Assembly (NCBI GenBank): GCA_903813345.2
Contig: CAIIXF020000001.1
Location: 29,078,001 to 29,142,000, forward strand
DNA length: 64,000 nucleotides
Direction of reading: 5' to 3'
DNA from: Owenia fusiformis
Lineage: Eukaryota
A program made the translations under genes and the position numbers. Positions 1 to 12,627 of this stretch are shown piece after piece. Under the pieces are notes generated by a model, which searched no databases, had not been told where the DNA came from, and saw only the letters and a program-made list of their open reading frames with translations. How positions within the stretch are numbered: position 1 is the first letter of the stretch; every line of letters starts with the position of its first letter.

Positions 1-911
1 CAAGTTTTTAAATGGACTTTATACCTTTTGGCGGATGGATATGGAACCTCATACCAGAACTTGAATTTTGTGATTTTTTCAATATTTTTCAATGATTTAC
101 CGTAGTGACACCCTAACGTATCATAACTTCCGGAATGACATGCCTTTCGGAAAATTTTTGGGAATATTTTCACTTCATTTACATTTCTTGTATAACTGTA
201 CTTATTGTTGATCGGACGGAAAGATAAGCTGATGTAGTTATCGTTTACTACCATTTGGAAGGCACGTGAGGGTCCCATTCATCAGGTAACACTCATATGT
301 CGAAGTTATTGGTACCTGTTACACTGCTTGGTTGAGTCTAACGAAGCATTTTTGTAACGAAAGTTAGCGAAAAAATTGTGTCCACACTGGCTTTATCCAA
401 CCCTAACGAAGCAATTATTTGGTGTTACACTGCACTTAAAATGCTTCGTTGCGCGTGCGCATTACTCATCTGCCCCACCCACTTATTATGATTAATATTT
501 TTATTCTTTTGATATAAACCATTGATCAAACTCAAAAATCTAATTTTTAATCTTTATTTTAACAAATCAGCACAGAAAAAGACTAGTTCAAAATTCTCGG
601 GAAAATAAAACAAGATGAATGTGATCATTCCGTACACATGTCCATACATTTTTCCGATCATTTCAATTTTTATATATTTCAGCTGTCAATACGATTACAC
701 GTATTGTTTTCATTTTCTATCATTTCCTTTGGAAAACATATGGAATAAAAATAGGCCTATGTTAATTAGTAGGAGGAATTGGATTCGGGGTTTATACAGA
801 CGACTAGTACGTAATATCGTATAAAACGTTCAATTTCCAAATGGACTTCTCAGTTATATTTCAAACAGTGTAGCCATTACTAAAATATCTCGGTGTTCGG
901 CTGGTGGTTTA

Positions 912-1283
912 ACCGTTAATTTGAATTTTCGACCTACCAGATGCTTGAAAATCAAGGATTGCTAGTCTCATACTGCAACGTTTTTCTTCAAACCTATACC
1001 ATTAAAAGCAAAACAAAATTGCCTTTCTGTCGGTGCATTACTTTATTGTAAAGAGTCCCTCGTTCTAGCAGCGTTTTGGTCCCCAGCTGTTAGAAGGCCT
1101 TCTTACCGCTGGGGACCAAAATGCCGCTGGAAGTAGGGACTCTGTTTAAGAGAATAATGTACCATCAGAAAGGGAGTTTTGTTATGCTTTGAATGGAACA
1201 AGTTTGAAGAAAAACGGTGCAGTATGAGACTCTTAATCCTTGATTTTCAAACATCCGGTGGGTCAAAAATTCAAATTAACGGT
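912..1283. repeat. 372-bp imperfect palindrome (hairpin MITE)
   Basis: Arms pair all the way to the centre agaagg|ccttct at 1097/1098. Confidence 0.85.
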
Positions 1284-1576
1284 CGAAGTTAGGACCGCGT
1301 GTAACTACTATTTCATGACCAATTCATTTTAATATGAATATTACCCGTCTCGCCAATACACCATGCATATTTGAGTGAGTTTGACATAAATTAGTATGTT
1401 AATCCATCAGCCGTCCGTTGAATTCGAAAATGGCGCAAATAGGAAGAAACTTGAATACCAGTTGTAAGCATCGTCTTACGACACATCAATAGTGATTGGG
1501 GCTGGCCTAAAACATGCAGCCTCTCTGTGGCAAATATCTGTCGACAAGAAACAATTTTGGCCACCGTTCCTTGTCC

Positions 1577-2073
1577 GCAGGTTTTACCGTATTTGTATAC
1601 GGAAGTTTTGAAACGTAATTAATTCAACATATTTAAACATGAAGTTTAAATTCAATTACAATTTAAAATCGTCGAGGAATAAAATAATGGAACGACTAGT
1701 ACAAGTACATGTATTGCAATGGGGCGATAGCCAGTTGAATACGATTTCTGAAGAGAGACATTTTCGAATCAATCAAATCGGCTATATTCCTGATATGATT
1801 CACCGAGAAGCAATTGTATCAGTATCATGGTATTAACACCTTTAGAATTACATTAAAGGTATAATTATTCGAGGCGCAAGAAAAAATTAATATTAAACAT
1901 GTATGCCACAACTTTCTATTTAGTAAGCATATCTTATGTAATTTCAAAAGTTTACCCTTCCACACTTGAGACGGAGTTTTCTGAAAGAGGGACATTTAAA
2001 TATTCTAGGTTTATTCTCTAATAGATCAGATAAACGTTTCAAAACTACCGTAAACATATACGGTAAAACCTGC
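1577..2073. repeat. About 40-bp inverted repeats bounding a probable MITE
   Basis: gcaggttttaccgtat...ttttgaaacgt versus acgtttcaaaact...atacggtaaaacctgc. Confidence 0.55.
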
Positions 2074-3508
2074 GTTTTTTAGATTTAATACTTTTTGTTA
2101 TATCAATGCGAGGAAAGGCAGGGAATCGAATGAAATGCTACGAAAGACGGTAAATCACATTTATACGTGGCGTTTAGGGCTTGAGTTAGCGTCAATCAGT
2201 GACGCAAATGTGTAATTATTTTAATCAAAACGTAGCATTATAATAATACGTACTTAAAAACATGTTCTTTCCTCGCGATTCCTCTCATTTAATACAAAAT
2301 GATGAATGTGCTCTTTATTACGCGCATGCGCAAACCGCCAACTAAGCATTTTCTAACGAAGCTACCTGTTACACAGGCCAAAAAAGCTTCGTTGGGAGCT
2401 AACCTTCGTTGAATTTTCTACTCAATTGCTTCGTTATCAACTAAGCTTTTCCAACGAAGGCAGAGGTGTTACACTGGCCCAAAATTGCTTCGTTACGAAG
2501 CTTTTTGTCAAATTGCTTCGTAACGAAGCATTTCAACTGGCCTGTGTAACAGGGGTCATTCTTGCTATTTTTAACAGTTAACAAGCTGTAGGTAGATTAA
2601 ATCCTACAGGGAGCTCAAGTTGGAACTATACGTAATCATTTAGTAAACTGGACTGGGAAATCAGAGGTCGAGGGGTTTTTCAATAAAATATATTCCAAAA
2701 ATTCTTGACACCCAGTAAGTCGTAGGGTCGAAGGGTCGTAGGTCGAAGGGTTTTTAGTACATTCCGTTTCAAAGACTGTTTTTCTATGTGAATGAGACCT
2801 GCCAACGATTAGCAATGGCATTGGTTACAACTTTCTGGCTTTGTATAAAAAACCTCCTACCCACATACCCTCGTACCCACGTACGTGGGTCCTGACCCAG
2901 TCTTTAAAGAGTTAAATCTTTAACATTTTTTAAACATTATTCTATCTCAATGTATGCTTAATTATGGATGAATTTATGTACCCATATGCCTTTATTTCTA
3001 GATCGGACATCTGTCTCGTCATAAAATAAAGCCGGCATTGCATAATGTTCATTTGAGCTATTTGAGTGTTGTTTTTGATATATCGAAGCGATTTTTTGTT
3101 GATCGGGCAGTCTTACAGTGTACAACCAATCTATTGCTTGGCGCAAATTGGCCACATGGGGCATGTGTTGTAAAGTGCTGTAGTTTTTGACTCCATGAGC
3201 AGAATATGGTCAAACTTTCACAACAAAATTCACATTGAATGACCTGAATGATTCTGGATTAACGAAGTTATTCAACTTTTCATCGGTCCTGTTTTTTAAC
3301 ACCCTGTAGTTTCGATTTTTATCACATATACTTTTTATTCTTTCAAACGATATTACAAGTATTCATTGTTTGCACGACAGATTTGAACTATACGTGTAAT
3401 TTGTCTTATGTCTTTTATTTAATTTAATATCAGAATTGGAGATACAAAGTGATAGAGTGATCAATTCACACGATCTCAAGGAATAATAAAGGTTGCATTT
3501 CTGTTTAA

Positions 3509-4573
3509 AGGGTTCCGATTAGCATCCCGTATAAAAACAATATGGCGGCTCCAGGTGAATCAACTGGATCAGTCCATTTTTAAGAAATAAGGGGAGTTCT
3601 GTAAAATCCAGTTTATTGAAATTGTCTTTGAGTTAAAGTAATCCGTTTATAATGATTTTGAAAACGTTATCCAAAGAGTGATTGCGTTCAAAGAATACAT
3701 GTACAACAGCCAATATAAATCCTTGTATTAGAAACCGGTTTGTCTTGCTTTGTTTCATTTGTAGGATATTTCATATGCCAAGCTGTGTGCTATTACCAGG
3801 GCTGTCAACTTGGGACCACCTAATATGAGTGACTTCAAAATGTTGGACACCTAAGTCCAAATCTGAACACTTTTGTCCAAATTTTGAACACCTTTGGCCA
3901 ACTTTTAAACACCTTTGGCCAAAGTTTGAGCACCTTTGCCAAACTTTGATCACCTCAAATTTTTCGCGCTCGCTACGCTCGCGATATCGTCAACGGGGGG
4001 GGGGGGTAGGTACGAAAATTTTCAATGAACATGCGTGACATATACGGGATTCGCGTGACAAATCCGAACAAAATCCGTTCGGTTTTTTTCAGACGTTCGT
4101 ATTTTTACCGTATCGTAAACATATTTCGAAAAAATTTCTACAGAAATATTTTTGCGTGACAATTACCAGGTAAAATGCGTATTTGCGTGACATTTTCTGT
4201 CACGCAAAAAAAACTGGCGTGACTTCAAATTCTTCAGCAAATGCGTGACAAATACGCAAATTGCGGGACAGTTGACAGGCCTGTATTACGTTATGGGGAA
4301 ATTTAGATGCCAATTTTTCATTATTATACACAAATAGAAGATCCTGAAACTTCACCCATAAATGTGGAATTGATTTGTCAAAATAAAAATCACCCTTTTA
4401 TAAATGTGTGACGATCTATAATATACTTATGCTATATAACCGTTAGAGGTGTTGACACAACGACCTCGCGCCTGTGAACCCTTGAGTATTATTCCGGGAT
4501 CGGGCCTTTTATACTAAACGGTGAGCAACACCAGAAACGAGCGTTCGATTTGCTAAACGATATGCGTCACCCT
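3509..4573. mobile_element. TTAA-flanked element (Kolobok-like), copy 1, interrupted
   Basis: TTAA|AGGGT...ACCCT|TTAA; reverse complement of 5823-6365. Confidence 0.8.
3797..4283. mobile_element. hAT-like MITE with a 6-bp TSD
   Basis: CAGGGCTGTCAAC...GTTGACAGGCCTG; TSD TATTAC; empty site visible in the copy near 6105; gcgtgac subterminal motifs. Confidence 0.85.
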
Positions 4574-5822
4574 TTAACCGTGACGCAATTGAATAACGAA
4601 ATATTTGAAAAGTAGAAGGATTCGCTATATTCGTTTTTAATCGCTTTTTGGCACAATTTAAGGATAATTGTGCGCACAAGTTCAGTGAATCATTTAGATG
4701 GAATTAAAAGTTAGAGTTGCCAAACTTATGCAGGGGAGTGTAAGTTTGGTTTTGTAAACTTCGACATTATTCATGGCCGTTTGATCCATAATTAGGTAAT
4801 ATGAACTATGAAGAGTAGAGTTTTATTTTGACAATGATTTGATGTAAAACTGGTTTGAATGATAAAAGTTCAGCTTTGTAGTTTCTAGCTTTTTGCGCGT
4901 AAAACGTGAATACAATGGACAACAACGACACCAAATCTTTGACTAACATACGTTAATAACGTATAATATTCGTAAGAATGAATTCTAATAACATTTGAAA
5001 TAAACATCTAATAAAATGTGGTGAATTTAATTGGTTGGAAACTCTAAGAAATATATTTTTAAAAAGATGTCAACTTTTGGACAAGGGTAAACTTCCCGGG
5101 ACATTTACAATCTGCATGAGGTAACAGGAGGCACGGATTGCACTGAATGAAGGCTAGGAGATTGCTAATCAGCACTGATGTGTTATACAGGTAAGACTGC
5201 CCGATCAACAAAAAACATTTCGACATATCAAAAACATAAATCAAATAGCTTATGAACATTTATGCAATTCCGGCTTTATTTTATTTTACTAGAGAGATGT
5301 CAGACCTATAAATAAAGGCATATGGATGCATAAATTCATCTATAATTCAGGATAAACTGAGATTGAATAATGTTTTAAACATTTAAAAAGTTTAAAGACT
5401 GGGTCAGGACCCACGTACGTGGGTACGAGGGTACGTGGGTAGGAGGTTTTTTATACAAAGCCCAACTTTCTGTCTCAAAATACTTGACAAACATTTTAAT
5501 CCAAGGTAATAAAGAATTTCATAAATCCCCGGGGATTTAATTGACAGCATGACCAACCTTTATAGGCTTTATACAACAAAAACACAAGTGGAGCACTAGC
5601 AGAGATTTTACTGTTTTAAATTCACGAATTTTGAGATATCAGAATTTCACAGCTTTTAAATTTGGCCGTGGCTGGAGAGCCTTAAATTTTAAGTCACCAG
5701 AGCACTTGGAGTTGTGCGTCTCAACCTCTGAGGGTGGCCCAAATCCCTCAAAGAAAAGGCCTAGACATTTATGATCCCTTTGGGCCCCCGTTTGGCCATT
5801 CTGATAGGCACAGGATGTTTAA

Positions 5823-6365
5823 AGGGTGACGCATATCGTTTAGCAAATCGAACGCTCGTTTCTGGTGTTGCTCACCGTTTAGTATAAAAGGCCCGATCCC
5901 GGAATAATACTCAAGGGTTCACAGGTTCGAGGTCGTTGTGTCAACACCTCTAACTGTTATATAGCATAAGTATATTATAGATCGTCACGCATTTATAAAA
6001 GGGTGATTTTTATTTTGACAAATCAATTCCACATTTATGGGTGATGTTTCAGGATCTTCTATTTGTGTATAATAAGGAAAAATTGACATCTAAATTTCCC
6101 CATAACGTAATAGCACACAGCTTGGCATATGAAATATTCTACAAATGAAACAAAGCAGTTCTAATACAAGGATTTATATTGGCTGTTGTACATATTCTTT
6201 GAACTCTATCACTCTATGGATAATGTTTTCAAAATCATTATAAACGGATTACTTTATCTCAAACACAATTTAAACTGGATTTTACAGAACTCCCCTTATT
6301 TCTTAAAAATGGACTGATCCAGGAGCCGCCATATTGTTTTTATACGGGAAGCTTATCGGAACCCT
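5823..6365. mobile_element. TTAA-flanked element (Kolobok-like), copy 2, uninterrupted
   Basis: TTAA at both ends; near-identical inverted copy of 3509-4573. Confidence 0.8.
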
Positions 6366-6577
6366 TTAAATGTGAATTAAAAGCATTGTGTGGCATAGCC
6401 TGAATGTAAATATCGACTCTATTTTGAAATTCTACAACATCCATGCCTTCCATGGTCTCTGCTACCCTGCGTGCAGAGTCTAGTTAAGACGGAGCTCTCT
6501 TTTAAGAAGTGAAGTCAAACGAATGCAAAGGGTAGGTCTCTGCGCAAATGGCAGCCAATCTAAGGCGGGGGTATTGA

Positions 6578-7211
6578 GGTGTCACTACGGTAAATCATTG
6601 AATTCAAGTTCTGGGGTACATATCGCCATTTTCGAACGAACTAGCCCATACAATGACTATATGTCTGCGTTCCCCTATACATAACCTTCATCTTAACACT
6701 ATATTTAACATAGGGTTTGCATCTCGATTTTTAAATATCACTACGCCAACATAGGGACTCATTTTTAGGTAAAATCCCTACTTCACCGATGAAAATTAAC
6801 GAGTAAAGTAGTTCCAGTTTACGGGACTATATTCTTGCGATTTTTTTCTTAAAATGGCACATTTAGAAAGTACTTGGCCTCAGCTTTACAGACATACCTC
6901 AAATGGCCACATTGCATACACTTAAACCTACTATACACACCATTGAAGTTGGCATGGCTTCGTTTTTAAAGTATTAAAAAACACTACCTACTAGTACCTA
7001 AAAATAAGTCCCTATGTTGGCGTAGTGATATTTAAAAATCGAGACGCAAACCCTATGTTAAATATAGTGTTAAGATGAAGGTTATGTATAGGGGAACGCA
7101 GACATATAGTCATTGTATGGGCTAGTTCGTTCGAAAATGGCGATATGTACCCCAGAACTTGAATTTTGTGATTTTTTTCAATATTTTTCAATGATTTACC
7201 GTATTGACACC
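6578..7211. mobile_element. MITE with about 200-bp TIRs (GGTGTCA.TACGG); a related end lies at 54-112
   Basis: Near-perfect inverted arms 6578-6771 and 6996-7211; no clear TSD. Confidence 0.8.
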
Positions 7212-9083
7212 TTGTAGATCTTTATTAGACTAACCTACTAGACTAATACTGATAGGTACAGTGCTGATATATAATAATAAAGGGTGCGTTTTCAAACTAA
7301 ACAGAGTGCTCCTACCAAAATGAATTTGCCTACATACCCCTAAGACTCTTATCTGATAGATAGAATGCACAAATAAAACAAAAGTTTTGCTATTACAGGT
7401 AAAAAGTTCTTGTGAAATTTCGAAGTGATTTCACCTGTTAATTCTGTCCATGGTCCGCCATTTTTGCGGAAGTTACACTGAAACGCAAACTCCATGAAAC
7501 GAAACGAAATCACTAGAAAAAACATGGCACACATTGTGCGCATGTGCAGCAAAGTTTAGACCAATCAGATTATTTTGCGCACGTGAATTATTTGCTTCTG
7601 AGCAATTACAAGCTTACCACAATAAACAAACCTGGCAGAGACTACCCTTAGCCTACTTCATTTTGGCGAAATTTCAGCTCAAACTCGTGACAAATGCATT
7701 ATGCATACGCTGGTGTGAAGCCTTGGAGACACTCATTTTGGTAAATATGATTTATGGGGTATACTTTTCTGCAGTTTGTGGGAGTTTGGGACATTAAATG
7801 TTAAAATTCAAGAAAATATGCCAATTAAACAACTGATCAATTAATATATACCAGCACTGTAAGTAAAATTTACACTCATTCATGCATTCATTTTCAAATT
7901 CTTAGTTTTTAGCCTAGCCTTGATTTGATTGACGTAGAAAAAAGAAAAAAAACTGACAAAACATAATAATAGGACTAGCCTAGATCTAACATGACAATAT
8001 AGTCCTCCAGATAACTGCAAAGTTCTGATCAAATCTGATCAGCTCTGGAAAACTCGTTAGTGTTTAAGTTGACAGATTATTTAGATAAGATGTAAGTTAT
8101 GGGGTTGTCTTCTTGGTTTTAGTCTAGAGTGAACTCACTGTCCTCCTCTCATAGACAGATTGCAGTCTGATTCAATGTATTTTTAAAGGCAAATATCTAG
8201 TGTTCTTTGAAGTATTCAAGACTAAATAAGATGTTACTAGTATAGTATACAAAACATGTACTATACTACCCAGAGACAGATATAATATTTACTCCAGTTT
8301 CAAGTTTAATATTCTAAAATGGAATGTGGAGTACCAAATTTTATTTAGTATAATTTAATTTTTGATAGAGACAATGGCCATTGTTAAAATCAAATAAACA
8401 TGAGATTATTAATTTATTAAGGTAGTTTATACGTCATGCCTAGTTCACACTTCAAAACTAAGTTGAATTCAGATGTCATCTTGAAAATAGAATGAGCCTA
8501 AATGGATTACTGTCTCAAAGGGTATCAAAGTCTAGAGATGAGTTATAAGTAATTCACTACTGAAAATGTTTTGACAACTTTTGCACATGGGACTTCATAT
8601 TTATCCCTAAAAAATGGTTGTGATTTTATTTCATAATGATACAAGATACTTTTATTTTTTACAGACCATTCGCAAGTCTTGTTAATGAATATAATTTCAT
8701 GAATATATTTTTCATTGATGCACTTGATATCTAAAGTTCACAATTTGTGAACAATTTCTGCATCTTAAACTTTCATAAAATAAATTCCATAATGATCAAA
8801 TTATGATACCTTTATTACTTATTGTAAGATGAGGTAATTTGAGTGTGGGGGAGGGTGGGGAAGTATTTTTGCATGAATTTAAAAAATGAACCACCCCCTC
8901 CCAGTCACAAAATCCTGGCTATTGTAAGCCACATAACATGATGAAGGCAAATGAATATCAGTCTGTCAAGCTAGTTATCTATCTAGATCACAATGTGATA
9001 TTGTGCAGATATAACTTTTTTTTATTTTATTGCCTAATATATTGGAATTTGCAGGATATGAAGTTTAAAAATGGAAATGTCTA

Positions 9084-9368
9084 CAGGGACGTAGCCAGCT
9101 TTCAGTCAGGACAAGGGGGGGGGGGGGGGGGGGGTGTGATCGCCCAAAAATTCCATTTTCAATCAGGGGATGCGATTGTGGCATAAGAAGCGACAATAAG
9201 ATTTATCTTAACTTCCTTCATAATAAATTGAGCTAGAAGCTTCAAATAAAAAGTATTTAATCTAAAACTATTTTCTTCTCATGGTTATAATCTATTGGTT
9301 ATGGGGGGGGGGGGTGGGGGTGCGATCACCAATTGCACCCCCCCCCCCCCCCAATGACTATGCCTATG
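9084..9368. mobile_element. hAT-like MITE (CAGGGACGTAGC terminus) with a 5-bp TSD
   Basis: Poly-G/poly-C subterminal tracts; GTCTA on both flanks. Confidence 0.65.
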
Positions 9369-9972
9369 GTCTAATTGAAATGTAATAACTCTGCATTGAA
9401 CTACAAGTATTAAAAGTTGCTTTCACCATGTTCACATTCAAATAGCTGATACAGATATTCTATCTACTAGTATACTCATATGAACAGAGATATAGAATTT
9501 CAAACTGAAACATTAAGATAATCTGTTCTGTCATTGAAACAATATTTATGGCCAGCTAAATTTCTGAGAATTTAATGTGTTTCATTCGTTTACTCCTGGA
9601 CTGAATAGTTCAACAAGTTAAACCTAGTCTGGGCCTTATTTCTTATCTGACATATCTTGTGGCCCGCCCTAGGTTTAACTTCCGTGCCTATTCGGCCCTT
9701 GATGCAAAAAAATTTAATGGTGGCCTATGGTAGCGCATAAAATTCCATGCGCGTTTAATTAATAACTGATCGTGAGAATTTGCAACAAATGAAAGCATTG
9801 CACGGAAGTTAAACCCAACCACGGCAACACGAACATTCACATTAAAAAATGAAAGCCGTGGTATTGGGTTTAACTTGTTGAACTAACATGACAAAAGCAA
9901 ACATATGCAAAGGTCAATATGTCTGTGTACAAAACCAAACTTCCACAGGGCAAAACGTTTAGATCTACTTAC

Positions 9973-10346
9973 GGTAGAGAGTTTGTTTATAATTACTCCA
10001 ACCATCAGAACATCACACCTGCATATAATATAACTATATTAGACAAAAACAAGTCCGTATCGCTGGTGTAGAACAGAATAGGATAGGATACGTGTTTGTT
10101 TGTTTATATCCAATGTTTTGCGGTGCTTTAATGCCACCTTATATAGTCTCTGGTGCTACTTTTCACTTTGTAGTATCACTGATGTGGTTTACACTGCTGT
10201 TTTGTAAGAGTTTATTTTTATTTTGTTTTTGATTTTACTTAAAATCCTTATCTACATATAGCTACGTGAAAGTGCTTCTCCTAATCAATTGCTTTTTCTT
10301 AGAATTTCGGCTGTACTGAACGAAACAGCTTAATACCGGGAACCCC
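9973..10346 (-). promoter_or_regulatory. Paralogous promoter and non-coding exon 1 of a downstream (third) receptor copy
   Basis: Shares the blocks aaccatcagaacatcac, tagacaaaaac, tggtgta.aacaga, ttctt.gaa, actgaacgaaa.agctt.at.ccgggaa and a gtaagt donor (9967-9972) with 53081-53276. Confidence 0.6.
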
Positions 10347-10696
10347 GGGGTTGTACTAAATACCACCTAGGTGGCCCACACCTGGGAATACTAAACCATT
10401 GATTTTATTCCAAGCCCACACCTAGGTGTCCCCATTGAAATACCTTACTGGCATTGTGAATAGGTGTGCACTTCTTTCTTTAGCAAGACATCAAGCAATA
10501 GTCTAATATTCTCTCCAAAGCAAATAATTTGAACTGCAGCTGGTACACAGCATAAAATATTGGTGATCGAGATGGCCTATCAATAAAAATTACGTTTGCA
10601 TTTTGAAATTCGATAGGTTTCTGTGCAATATTATGCAACTTTTAACAAGCGGTGCAGATTGTAAAGTTGTGGGTATCAGCACCGCTTATTTAAACT

Positions 10697-11894
10697 GGGG
10701 TCAACCCAGTTGTCCGAAACCCAGTTGTCCGAAACCCAGTTGTCCGAAACCCAGTTCTCCGAAACCCAGTTCTCCGAAAATTAGGGGATCTTATTTGAAA
10801 TATACAATTTTTTTAAACGAATCTCGTTGTCGCAACCTCTGCGAATCACAACATAACATTGGAATAACGTTGACATCATTGCAAAATTAGGCTAAATATG
10901 CTAAGTCAAGACGTTAATTGTTTAATGTTTAGCCTACGAAAGTTCATATACAGGTGATATAGATGTTCAAACAAACAAAGTTAAATTATGTTATTCTCAT
11001 TGTAAAATGGCGTTTACACAACATACATAGATAGGGGTCTACAATTTTTAAACCAATTTTCTTTATGGCCCATGGGCCTTTTTTGAGAGGGAACAACATT
11101 TTTTCAATGGGTGATGAGCGTTCATAAAAGGAAAAATAGCTTTCCCAAGCCAGTGGGCATTTATTTAGTAAAGTTGACATGTACATCTTTTGAAACCAAA
11201 ACTTATTCTTCATTTACGTACTCTGTTCGAGAAATAGAGATTAAATTAAAAGGATGAAGTGAGTACATGGCGAAAATGAAACTTCTTGCGAATGGGAGAA
11301 CATCCATTTTCATTTTTGATACGAGGACAGCCTGCCTTCGTTTCCAGTTGATCCCAAGTGATTAAGTTAAGAATGTTTTGTTCTTTTACGATTTGATAAA
11401 ATACAGAGACTAAGAAATTAAATGCTAAGAAATATTTTGACAACGTAATGTTTTATTCTTAAAGTACTATATGCGTAAACTTATTTTATCTGTTTCAAAA
11501 TGATTCATTTTATTTTGCCTATATAAAAGAGATTGAAGAAGATAAGATAAACTGTTCCGTAATATATATTGTGTTTTGATAACCTTTTTTAGAATCACAA
11601 TGTAAAATAAATCCCCCGTTCCTGCCATTCTGGTAACGCGTGCAATGGATGCAATTCAAAGTGAGAGAGAGATCTATGAACATCAGAATGCGTCCATGCC
11701 ATTAATTTGGCCAAATACATGGCATGAAACTGGCCTAAGCTTAGTACGCCTCCCCTTTCTCTGGTAAATTATGACTATATTTTTCGGAGTAATGGGTTTC
11801 GGACAAGTGGGTTTCGGACAACTGGGTTTCGGAGAACTGGGTTTCGGACAACTGGGTTTCGGAGAACTGGGTTTCGGACAACTGGGGTGCACCC
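10697..11894. mobile_element. Non-autonomous MULE with 15-bp tandem repeats in its TIRs
   Basis: (aacccagttgtccga)n arms inverted; 9-bp TSD ATTTAAACT. Confidence 0.88.
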
Positions 11895-12228
11895 ATTTAA
11901 ACTAGAGGTAGCACATTTCCGATGTTTTTGGCTTTTTAACAGTTTTTGCAATTAAAATATAATTATTATCAATATTGCAGTTTTAAATGTATATGTTGTA
12001 CCTAAAATACTGTTAAATTGAGACTAAAATGGCGGCTACTTTAAAAATTGGCTTTCGAGCAGAACTTGTACTCACATGGGGCATAGGCTATACATATCAA
12101 TTATAAGCAATATTGGGCTGACAGTATTTGAGTAATTGCCCAGATGGACAGAGAGCCATTCTCTCCTGGTAAATCTTAGGAGGGTGGGAGGTGAGAAAAT
12201 AAACAAAGTTTGAAATCAAAAGAGAAAC

Positions 12229-12238
12229 TTTATTTATT
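12229..12238 (-). terminator. Candidate distal polyadenylation signal (overlapping AATAAA x2) of the receptor gene
   Basis: tttatttatt on + strand with a U-rich downstream element on the minus strand. Confidence 0.35.
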
Positions 12239-12627
12239 TCATTATAATTATATATTTTTCAATAGTAAAAATACCATGACACATACAAAAATAGTGACTG
12301 ATAAAATGACACCTACTGAGTTCATAAATTTATCATGTGACCATTTTTCTAACAGAATAAGAGATCACTCTTGTTGATATTCAGATATTACATATCAACT
12401 CATCAATAAATATGATATCACTCAAAGTGATCAGATAATGGGTTTATCCCATGATTACAATCAAAAGTTCAAAAAATTCAAATTCATACAGATATGTGGC
12501 TGATAAATGATATCAGCTGCAAATGGGGTGGATAAACAATTTTCTGAAAACATCACACAGATTTCCATAACTGTAAATTACTTTCATTGAGCAGTCATGT
12601 TACTAATAATATTGTATTGTATTAATT

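Larger units (their letters stand above)
311..2557. mobile_element. Non-autonomous PIF/Harbinger-like element
   Basis: TIR ggtacctgttacactgc / gcctgtgtaacaggggtc; 3-bp TSD ATT; many subterminal aacgaagc motifs. Confidence 0.75.
2837..5462. mobile_element. Non-autonomous MULE
   Basis: About 300-bp TIRs starting GGCTTTGTATAAAAAACC; 9-bp TSD CAACTTTCT. Confidence 0.9.

Noticed and set aside
9606-9885. TAG...CTA inverted repeat as a classified transposon
   Set aside because: About 20-bp inverted repeat is real, but there is no TSD, so it cannot be classified.
10603-11892. PKPSC-repeat proteins (ORFs 10603..10890, 11683..11892)
   Set aside because: Translations of the 15-bp TIR repeats of a MULE with a 9-bp TSD.
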